41,320 nucleotides of DNA from Planctomycetota bacterium (lineage in GTDB: Bacteria; Planctomycetota; Phycisphaerae; Sedimentisphaerales; Anaerobacaceae). Below are positions 24,951-31,952 of the stretch, one piece after another. How positions within the stretch are numbered: position 1 is the stretch's first letter; every line of letters starts with the position of its first letter. Below the pieces are notes generated by a model. It did no database searches. It was given only the letters and a program-made list of their open reading frames with translations, and had not been told where the DNA came from. The position numbers were made by a program, and so were the translations under genes. The stretch is taken from the NCBI GenBank assembly GCA_016872975.1, contig VGYL01000001.1, positions 1 through 41,320 of the forward strand. The letters are read 5' to 3'.

Positions 24951-26057
24951 TCAAGGAGGCGGAGCCTGCGGCGGACTCGTTCTCTGATAAGGCTCAGCTA
25001 TCAGTTCGGCGATCCGGTCCCGCATCCACGGTTCTCCCGGCGTGCCCTGCCAGTTGAGTTCGCCGTACCACCAGTAGCGCACGAACCCGCCCTTATCGAT
25101 CAAGTACACGCTCGGCCAGATGCGATTGGCCCAAGCGTTCCAATTGTGGCTTTCGTTGTCCACGGCCACGGCGTACTGGATGCCCGCTTCCGCCGCCTTT
25201 TGCCGGACCTTGTACACATCCTGCTCCTGCTTCGTCTCCGGCCGGTGGATGCCGATGACAACACACTTGTCCCGATCGAACCGTTCGTGCCAATCGTTGT
25301 AGTGCGGCAGATTCCGAACGCAGTTGATACAGCCAAAGGCGTAGAAATGCACGACGACCACCTTCCCGCGCAGTTGTTCCAGCCGCAGCGGGGTTGAATG
25401 AATCCACGTCGTAACGCCGACAAGCTCGGGGGCCCGACAGGCGACGGCTCGCACGGCGGCAAGAGGAAACGGCGGCCCCAGAAGCCCTGCCAAGCTCCGG
25501 CGCTGCCGATCCGTCAGGATCGTCAGGAGGTTGCGTTCGCCCTCCACCCGGATCCGGGCGGCGGGACCGGCGCCGCGCGGCAGCGCGGCCAGGGCCATCT
25601 GGATCCTGTGCCTCTGATCCGGCGATAGCCCCAGCGTCGCCGTGACATCCGGCTCAAGGAGGGCGTGGATTCCGGACGCCCGCCGGAGAAGCTGGTCGAG
25701 ACGCTCACGCTGCGGCGGCGTCAGAGCCGCCGAGACCGCCGCCCGCAACGAGTCCAGGATGACACGGGCCTTGTGATTTCGCTCGGCCAGGGGCAGGTCC
25801 CGCAGGCGCCACAAGGAGAGATCCGCCTGGTCCACCGCCGCACCAACGGCCGTCTCTTGCACACGGCTGAGGCCCAGTTCCCGCAGAACGGTTTCCGCAT
25901 GCAGCAGCATTGTCAGGGGGTGAGGGATCGGAACCACAGGCTCCGCAGGCAAGACAGAAGAGGAATCCGTTGCGGACCGATTTCCGGCCGTGGCCATGCA
26001 CACCAGATGAAGGAGTGTCATGGTGACCTTCAGCCCGTACGGGAAGGCGATCTTCAT
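24951..26057 (-). CDS. Secreted TlpA/redoxin-like thiol:disulfide oxidoreductase with an N-terminal 'L(G)LSxxQ/LTxxQR' repeat region
   Basis: The start is 'MKIAFPYGLKVTMTLLHLVCMATA' (signal-like). The C-terminal thioredoxin fold is 'GKVVVVHFYAFGCINCVRNLP' (CxxC) followed by 'WPSVYLIDKGG'. Confidence 0.75.
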   Translation of the reverse strand: MKIAFPYGLKVTMTLLHLVCMATAGNRSATDSSSVLPAEPVVPIPHPLTMLLHAETVLRELGLSRVQETAVGAAVDQADLSLWRLRDLPLAERNHKARVILDSLRAAVSAALTPPQRERLDQLLRRASGIHALLEPDVTATLGLSPDQRHRIQMALAALPRGAGPAARIRVEGERNLLTILTDRQRRSLAGLLGPPFPLAAVRAVACRAPELVGVTTWIHSTPLRLEQLRGKVVVVHFYAFGCINCVRNLPHYNDWHERFDRDKCVVIGIHRPETKQEQDVYKVRQKAAEAGIQYAVAVDNESHNWNAWANRIWPSVYLIDKGGFVRYWWYGELNWQGTPGEPWMRDRIAELIAEPYQRTSPPQAPPP

Positions 26058-26238
26058 TGTCGGCCCCTTGGAAGCGGTAGGGTCATCCTGGCATGCCTGT
26101 GGGCCACGCCGGGGTACATTACGCAGGACACACGGTGAAGTTCTGAAGTTCGACATTTTTTCTGTTGCCTAGCCCGTCGGATTGTAGGATGATAAACTAT
26201 CCAAAGGCCGTGCCCCCGGGACTTGGCAGGACGGCGCC

Positions 26239-27423
26239 GTGTTCGTGGGAGGGAGGTCTTGGGTAGAGGCAAGTAAGATGGCGGCAAGAAGACCCTCGAC
26301 GAAGTTCGCTCCGGCGGAGCGGGCGTCGGCGGACCAGATCGCGCGGCAGGCGCGCCTGTTCGCCGGCAAGAAGCTGCTGGGCCTTCTGCCCGACGTCGTG
26401 CCCTGTATTCTGCTGGCGGTCAACGAGTTCCGGCAGATCGTGTTTGCGAACGAGCGTTTTCTGGAGTTGCTGTCGGCGCAAGAACGGCAGGACGGCGTTT
26501 TGGGCCAACGCGTGGGGGAGGTCCTGGGCTGTGCCCACGCCTTCGAAGAGGACAGCGGCTGCGGCACCACGGAGGCGTGCAGCACCTGCGGGGCGGTCCA
26601 CGCCGTCCTGAGTAGCCTGAGCGGCAAAGCCGACGTCAAAGAGTGCCGCATCCTGCGCGGCCCCAACGCCGAGGCCCTGGAGCTGCGGGTCTGGACAACC
26701 CCGGTGACGATCGAGAACGAGGCGTTCACGATCCTGGCTGCCCTGGATATCGGCCACGAGAAACGCCGCCAGTCGCTCGAGCACATCTTCCTGCATGACA
26801 TCTACAACGTCGCCTACGGCCTCTCCTGGTACACCGACTTTCTGAAAGGGGCCAAGCCCGACCAGGTCGAAGGCTACGTCGATACGCTCGGCCGGCTCTG
26901 CCGCCAACTGATCGAGGAGATCGACGCCCAGCGCATCCTGATCCGCGCCGAGACGGGCGAGCTGCCCTGGAAGCCCGAGCCCCTGCGCTCCCTGCCGCTG
27001 CTGCAGGAGGCGGTCGAGCTGTACCGCCGCCATCCGGTCGCGCAGGACCGCCACCTGCGCTTGGACCCGGACGCGAAAGACATCCCGGTCGTGAGCGACC
27101 GCACCCTGCTGTCGCGGGTCCTGTGCAACCTGATCAAGAACGCCCTGGAGGCCTGCCGATCCGGCGAGACGGTCACCGCCGGCTGCACGAAGCTCGACGG
27201 CCAGATCGAATTCCGCGTCCACAACCCCGGCGTCATCCCGCGCGAGGTCCAGCTTCAGATCTTCCAGCGCTCGTTCTCCACCAAAGGCCCCGGCCGGGGC
27301 GTCGGCACCTACAGCATCAAGCTCCTGACCGAGCGCTACCTGCACGGCCGTGTCTCGTTCACCAGCACGCCCGAGCAGGGCACCACGTTCCAGGTCCGCT
27401 ATCCGCTCACCCCGAAGGGATAA
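26239..27423 (+). CDS. Soluble sensor histidine kinase: PAS-like domain with a C-x9-C-x5-C-x2-C cluster + 'FLHD' H-box + HATPase_c
   Basis: The Cys cluster is 'GCAHAFEEDSGCGTTEACSTCGAV'. The H-box-like motif is 'HIFLHDIYN'. ATPase motifs are 'NLIKNALEA' and 'GRGVGTYS'. An alternative start is 'MAARRPS' at 26278. Confidence 0.8.
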   Translation: MFVGGRSWVEASKMAARRPSTKFAPAERASADQIARQARLFAGKKLLGLLPDVVPCILLAVNEFRQIVFANERFLELLSAQERQDGVLGQRVGEVLGCAHAFEEDSGCGTTEACSTCGAVHAVLSSLSGKADVKECRILRGPNAEALELRVWTTPVTIENEAFTILAALDIGHEKRRQSLEHIFLHDIYNVAYGLSWYTDFLKGAKPDQVEGYVDTLGRLCRQLIEEIDAQRILIRAETGELPWKPEPLRSLPLLQEAVELYRRHPVAQDRHLRLDPDAKDIPVVSDRTLLSRVLCNLIKNALEACRSGETVTAGCTKLDGQIEFRVHNPGVIPREVQLQIFQRSFSTKGPGRGVGTYSIKLLTERYLHGRVSFTSTPEQGTTFQVRYPLTPKG

Positions 27424-27471
27424 GCCCGCGTCCCAGGCACCTCGGCGGCAGAAGCCCTGGGGCGGCATCTG

Positions 27472-27615
27472 CCGTACCGCGTTGACGCGGTGTGGGCAGT
27501 TCTGCGCCGACGCAGGGTTTGGCATACCGCGCTGACGCAGGCGTTCGGAGTACCGCGTTTACGCGGGCCAAACAGTCCGGCACTCCTTCTTCCCTTCCGC
27601 GTTTACGCCATGTGG
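27472..27615. repeat. Tandem short hairpin units ('CCGCG-TTKAC-GCGG' stems every ~25-30 nt)
   Basis: There are at least four successive units. They are the reverse complement of the units at 37636-37714 (compare 'cgttcggagtaccgcgtttacgcgg' with 'ccgcgtaaacgcgggactccgaacg'). Confidence 0.8.
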
Positions 27616-27643
27616 AGCCGGCTGCGCCGGCAGACTCATAGAC

Positions 27644-27811
27644 CCGCCTTATGAGTTTTGACGAACAAGCTCGGTAATGTCGCGTGAACCGCTCTCCGCG
27701 TAGGTCGTGCGTCCTCGCACGACATCTTCGGCGAGCGGGGACGCTCGCCCTACGAAGAGCGCCTGTCGCCGGGTTCATTACCGAACTTGTTCGTCAAAAC
27801 TCATAAGGCGG
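27644..27811. mobile_element. MITE-like or structured element: 36-bp AT-rich terminal inverted repeats (1 mismatch) flanking a 96-bp GC-rich core with internal hairpins
   Basis: The left arm 'ccgccttatgagttttgacgaacaagctcggtaatg' (27644-27679) pairs with the right arm 'cattaccgaacttgttcgtcaaaactcataaggcgg' (27776-27811). The core contains the hairpins 'gtcgtgcg-tcct-cgcacgac' and 'ggcgagcg-ggga-cgctcgcc'. There is no coding capacity. Confidence 0.6.
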
Positions 27812-28082
27812 TACTCCAAACGGCTTTCACCCGCTGTGTCGAGAGGGACGGAGTTCTACTCTGCGCGTCGGGAGAATCCTGCCCTCCGAAAGCTGGAGAA
27901 CCCGCCATTTTCACCTGCGTATCCTGTGGGATTCTCTATTCCCGCGGGGGATCGGTCGCCCTGCGGCAAGAGCCAGTGCCAGAGTACGGCGGAAGCTGCC
28001 ATGCGTGTACGGGATAGACATGTCGATGTAGCCGCGGCCGTGCCAACGACGCGGAAACGCCGCAAGGAACGCATGGCGCTTC

Positions 28083-28991
28083 GTGCGGCGCACCGGCGCG
28101 ATCGTTGGGGGTCTCCTGGCGGCGCTGATCGTTCTGGCGGTCGTGAATGAGAGGTTCTTCCCGGTTCCGGAGGCCCCGCGCCGGGGCCGGCCCTCCCATC
28201 CCTCTGTCCGGCCGGCTTCCGAAGCAAATGGCATCGTTCTGCGGGTCATGACCTACAATATCTGGATGAGCGGCGCCCGTCGAGGACCGGTGTTCCTGAG
28301 ACCGCAGCACGTAGCCGAGCGGGTACGCCGCATGGGAGAGCTGATCCGCGCGCACCGGCCCGACCTCGTGTTTCTGCAGGAAGTGGCGCAGGAGGCCGGT
28401 CCCGGCTCCTTCGATCAGACGCCGCAATTGGCCGAGGCCGCCGGCATGCATATGTGGAGCTTCGGCGCCAGCGTCAACACCGGCCTGCCCTTCTATCGTC
28501 TGGTCCGGGGCAATGCCATCCTGTCGCGCTGGCCGCCGGAGGTGGTGACCAATCAACCCTTGCCCGGCCGCCCCCTGCTGCGCCGGATCGGCATCCAGTA
28601 TCGCACGCTCTGGTGCCGCACGCTCCTCGGCGGCCGGGAAGTCCTGCTGGCCTCCGTCCATCTGACGGCCCTGTTCAGCGGGACCCGGCCCCGGCAGATG
28701 GAGCAGATCCTGGACTTCGCCGGCGACCAACCCGCCCTTCTGGCGGGCGACTTCCACGCCGAGCCGGACCGTCCCGCCCTCGACCGCCTCCTCGCCACCG
28801 ACAAATTCACCGCCCCACTCGACGGCTCGCCCACCTGTCCTTCCCGCGCCCCCAGGCGCCAAATCGACTACCTCTTCGCCCCTGCCGACTGGCAACTGCT
28901 GGAGTACACCGTGATCCCCAGCGACCTGTCGGACCACCTCCCGGTACTGGCCACCTACCGCGTTCCCGGGCCGAACGAGGCAACCCCGTAA
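28083..28991 (+). CDS. Endonuclease/exonuclease/phosphatase (EEP) family protein with an N-terminal membrane anchor
   Basis: The gene has a GTG start. The TM segment is 'GAIVGGLLAALIVLAVV'. EEP motifs are 'VMTYNIW', 'PDLVFLQEV', 'GNAILSRWP', 'LLAGDFHAEPD', 'IDYLF' and 'SDHLPVLATY'. Confidence 0.82.
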   Translation: MRRTGAIVGGLLAALIVLAVVNERFFPVPEAPRRGRPSHPSVRPASEANGIVLRVMTYNIWMSGARRGPVFLRPQHVAERVRRMGELIRAHRPDLVFLQEVAQEAGPGSFDQTPQLAEAAGMHMWSFGASVNTGLPFYRLVRGNAILSRWPPEVVTNQPLPGRPLLRRIGIQYRTLWCRTLLGGREVLLASVHLTALFSGTRPRQMEQILDFAGDQPALLAGDFHAEPDRPALDRLLATDKFTAPLDGSPTCPSRAPRRQIDYLFAPADWQLLEYTVIPSDLSDHLPVLATYRVPGPNEATP

Positions 28992-29039
28992 TACCGGCGC
29001 CTCTGTGCGGCAGGGCAAACGCAAAGTCGTTCGCTGTAT

Positions 29040-29175
29040 GGGTGGCAGCGTCAAGCGGAGTCAGGGCTCCCAATCGCGATTCATCGCGATTGGGAACCCT
29101 CTTCGGAGCTTGGCGATGGCGGATTGCCCGTGCGCAGGACCATCGCCAAGGCCTACCGGCCTTGACGCTGCCACA
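29040..29175. repeat. Palindromic 'GGGTGGCAGCGTCAAG...CTTGACGCTGCCAC' element (longer variant)
   Basis: The outer arms are complementary. The inner hairpins are 'cccaatcgcgat-tca-tcgcgattggg' and 'ggcgatgg...ccatcgcc'. Confidence 0.85.
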
Positions 29176-29331
29176 CGTCTTCGGGACTTTGCGTTTGCCC
29201 TGCTCTGTGCGGGGCATGCCCTTGCTTTTTGCCGGGATCACCTCCATAATGGGTACTTGCTGTCTCGTTGATTTGAGCGATGAGAAAAGAGCGGTTTTTG
29301 CCTGCCGATGAGCCGCCGCCAAGGAGGCGTT

Positions 29332-29802
29332 ATGCCCTACGTTTCGTTGCAGGAGTACTTCCCGGAAGTAGCGAAGCAGGAGACGCGGTCCATCACCGTG
29401 TTTCCCGGCTCCGGCTCGAGGCTTCCCCCCAACGACTACGGTTTCCTGGAAATGTACTGCGATGAGCCGGGGTGCGACTGCCGGCGGGTTCTGTTCTACG
29501 TGATCGCCCGATCGCGGCCCGGCGTCCAAGCGGTGATCGGGTGGGGATGGGAGGACGTGGACTTCTACGCCCGGTGGATGGGATCGGGCGACCAGACGGA
29601 GGCCGCCCGCCTGAAAGGGCCCGCCCTGAATCTCCTGAGCCCGGCAACCGACTTGGCCCCTGCCCTGGTGGACCTGGTCCGCAACGTCCTGCTCCAGGAC
29701 TCCAAGTATGTCGAGCGAATCAAGAGGCACTACCAGATGTTCCGGGAGAACGTCGAGAGAAATCGACGACGCCAGCGGCGCCGGCCGAGGAAACGCCGAT
29801 AG
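29332..29802 (+). CDS. Hypothetical protein with a 'YCDEPGCDCRRV' Cys motif and a highly basic C-terminal tail
   Basis: An AAGGAGG RBS lies 4 nt upstream of the ATG at 29332. The protein is 156 aa. GC3-rich codon usage is consistent with coding. The C-terminus is 'RNRRRQRRRPRKRR'. I cannot assign a family name. Confidence 0.5.
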   Translation: MPYVSLQEYFPEVAKQETRSITVFPGSGSRLPPNDYGFLEMYCDEPGCDCRRVLFYVIARSRPGVQAVIGWGWEDVDFYARWMGSGDQTEAARLKGPALNLLSPATDLAPALVDLVRNVLLQDSKYVERIKRHYQMFRENVERNRRRQRRRPRKRR

Positions 29803-29955
29803 GCAGCATTCGCAGAATCCCGCCTTGATCCGACGGGCATAATGGGGTATCATAGGACCGGTGATACGCCGAGACGCCGTAGGGGAATGGGGGGGGACGC
29901 CTCGGAGTCGAGTTTCTTGGAGTCGTAATCGCAATCTCTCCAAAGGAGGTACACG

Positions 29956-30767
29956 ATGAAACGCCCCGCCTTCACCCTGATCGAGCTGCTCGTCGTCATC
30001 GCCGTGATTGCCATATCCTGATGGCCGTGCTGCTGCCGGCCCTGGGTCTGGCGCGGGACCAGGGGCGCAAGATGAAATGCGCCGCCAATCTCCGCGGCCT
30101 GGCGGTGGCCAACGGCGTGTACGTGGCCAACAACGACGACTGGACGGTGCCCTGCCGCTTCACCGTCGGCTCGAACACGACCTTGTGGACGAGCAACCGG
30201 CAGTTCCGCCAGTACATCGGCTACAGCGACACGCAGCCCGGCCTGTCGTCCGTGCAGACGCCCGCGCGCTATCGCTGCCCCAGCGACCAGCAGAAGGCCT
30301 GGGCCCACGCCTACAACGTCGAGCAGGGTACGACAACCGGCACCCTGGTCAGTTACGGCTACAACATCGAGGACTGGTACCCGTCGATCGGCTCGCCCTC
30401 CTGGGACGCCACCATGGGTATGTCCGTGCTGGGGCACAAGATGTCCACGATCCCGCACCCGGCCGAGAAGATGCAGTTCAACGAGGCCCACGACTGGTGG
30501 AGCAAGTGGAAGGGCGCCGACTACATCCACGGCTGGGACGTGCTGGGCCAGTTGGGCACCGTCAATCAGTACAAGCAGGCCGGCTGCGGCGGACCGACCA
30601 TGTACCGCCACAACCAGGCCGTCAATCTCGCCTTCTACGACGGCCACGTCGAGAGCCGCCACAAGAGCAAGGTCTGGATTCCGGAGCACGCCACGGTCAA
30701 GCCCTATCAGCCCGGCATGTGGGTCGTCCGCCGTGACATCTGGGAGAAAAACGGCGGCGGGAGGTGA
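29956..30767 (+). pseudogene. Frameshifted prepilin-type N-terminal / DUF1559 (H-X9-DG) pseudopilin-like gene
   Basis: An AAGGAGG RBS precedes an ATG at 29956 encoding 'MKRPAFTLIELLVVIAVIAIS*' (stop at 30019-30021). The frame offset by 2 nt continues from 30021 with 'MAVLLPALGLARDQGRKMKCAANLRG...' and ends with 'YRHNQAVNLAFYDGHV' (H-X9-DG). Removing 2 nt from 'ATAT' at 30013-30016 restores the canonical 'VIAILMAVLLPAL'. Confidence 0.75.
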
Positions 30768-30892
30768 AATTCCAAGCACGAAATCCCAAATCTCAAACAA
30801 ATCCCAATGACCGAAAGGGAAGAAAATTCAAAACAGGTCGCCCGCACGGCGTCAGCGTTTCGGTCCTTGAGATTCGGTACTTTGCCATTTCC
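30766..30892. repeat. Degenerate copy of the AT-rich palindromic element (intact left arm, eroded right arm)
   Basis: The left arm at 30766-30836 matches the 22035 copy closely. The loop 'cccgcacggcgtcagcg' is shared with that copy. The right arm at 30856-30892 is truncated and mutated. Confidence 0.8.
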
Positions 30893-31030
30893 GCCCACCA
30901 ATATACCGCTTCGCCCGCTGGAATCAACCCAGAGCCGACGCGATGGTCCGATTGCCGTTGGGAGGCAATTGAGAGGGTATACCCAGGGTTTGTCATAAGC
31001 TGCTTGCGTGCGGGTCCCATCCTCGATAGA

Positions 31031-31264
31031 ATGAACACCATGAAGCTCACGAGAATCACATTGGATCCCAAGATCATGGGAGGCAAACCCTGCATTCGAG
31101 GGATGCGTGTCACGCTCGATATGATTGTGGGGATGCTCGCTTCGGGCCATTCCAAGGAGGACATCCTCCAGCGCTACCCCTACTTGGAGCCGGCGGACAT
31201 TGATGAAGCGCTCGCCTATGCCGCCTGGCGCGTCGAAGAGGTCGAGGTGCCTCTTCCGTCATAA
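31031..31264 (+). CDS. DUF433 domain protein (antitoxin-like partner of DUF5615/PIN-like toxins)
   Basis: The 77-aa protein has 'ITLDPKIMGGKPCIRGMRVTLDMIVGMLASGHSKEDILQRYPYLEPADIDEALAYA', the typical DUF433 core. Confidence 0.78.
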   Translation: MNTMKLTRITLDPKIMGGKPCIRGMRVTLDMIVGMLASGHSKEDILQRYPYLEPADIDEALAYAAWRVEEVEVPLPS

Positions 31265-31269
31265 CGGCT

Positions 31270-31421
31270 ATGAAGATCCTGATCGACATGAACCTCTCGC
31301 CCGCGTGGGATGATAGTTACCGTACTGAACGGATGCCGGGAATCTCTGGAACGGGGCGCATTGATCAGCTTGGACGAGGCCACCCGGAGAATCCGGATTC
31401 TGCCGATAGAATCCCTCTGAG
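31270..31421 (+). pseudogene. Internally deleted and frameshifted DUF5615 (Mut7-C/PIN-like toxin) remnant
   Basis: The N-terminus 'MKILIDMNLSPAW' is the canonical DUF5615 opening. It is followed at once, in another frame, by the canonical C-terminus 'LERGALISLDEATRRIRILPIESL*' (stop at 31419-31421). About 60 central residues are missing. Confidence 0.6.
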
Positions 31422-31619
31422 AAGGACCCATACGAAGCACGAACTTCGAGGCCCGAGATTCAGAAGGGAATGAGGCTCGGCGCCGGCGTTTCGGCCATTT
31501 GTGCTTTGGAATGCCGCGCTTCGCTCGCAGTGATATGTTGGTTTCGGAGTGATCCTTCCGCTTTCGCGGTGTGGGGTTTGGAATTTCGGATCTCCTCGCG
31601 GCACAGCCGCATGTCCCTC

Positions 31620-31684
31620 AGGAGGGCAATGATGCTGATAACGACCAGCAACTCGATCAACGGGAATCCCCGGCGCCTGTCCAT
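31620..31684 (-). pseudogene. Truncated prepilin-type N-terminal fragment
   Basis: 'MDRRRGFPLIELLVVISIIALL' runs directly into sequence of the AT-rich repeat family ('...EEIRNSKPH'). No mature domain follows. Confidence 0.45.
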
Positions 31685-31952
31685 GGCGATGTCCCCTTCT
31701 CACATTGACGGACCGGGTGTATTCTCCGCTCGAATATACGGCTTCGGCGGTGTGAATCAACTCCGAGGCCCAACGCAAACGATCCGTGCAAAGGTGAGGC
31801 ATGGGAGCCGAGGCGCACATCGCTGGAGGCGGTGGACTTGTTCTTTTCGCTTGCCGATCGTGACAGGGTTGTGGACAATAGTGGAGAATCTCGACTCAAG
31901 GGTCCAGGTTGGGCCCCAATAAGAGAGATATGTCTTCTGGCGGAGCGATCAG

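Noticed and set aside
27472-27615. A possible CRISPR array formed by regularly spaced short palindromic units. The same question applies to 37636-37714.
   Set aside because: The units abut directly at ~25-30 nt periodicity with no unique spacers. Only 3-4 units are present, the units differ from each other, and no cas genes lie nearby.
30013-30016. The possibility that the ATAT frameshift in the DUF1559 gene is a phase-variation switch or a programmed frameshift.
   Set aside because: Only two AT units are present, which is far too short for slipped-strand phase variation. No slippery heptamer or downstream pseudoknot is evident. A simple mutation or a sequencing error is more parsimonious.
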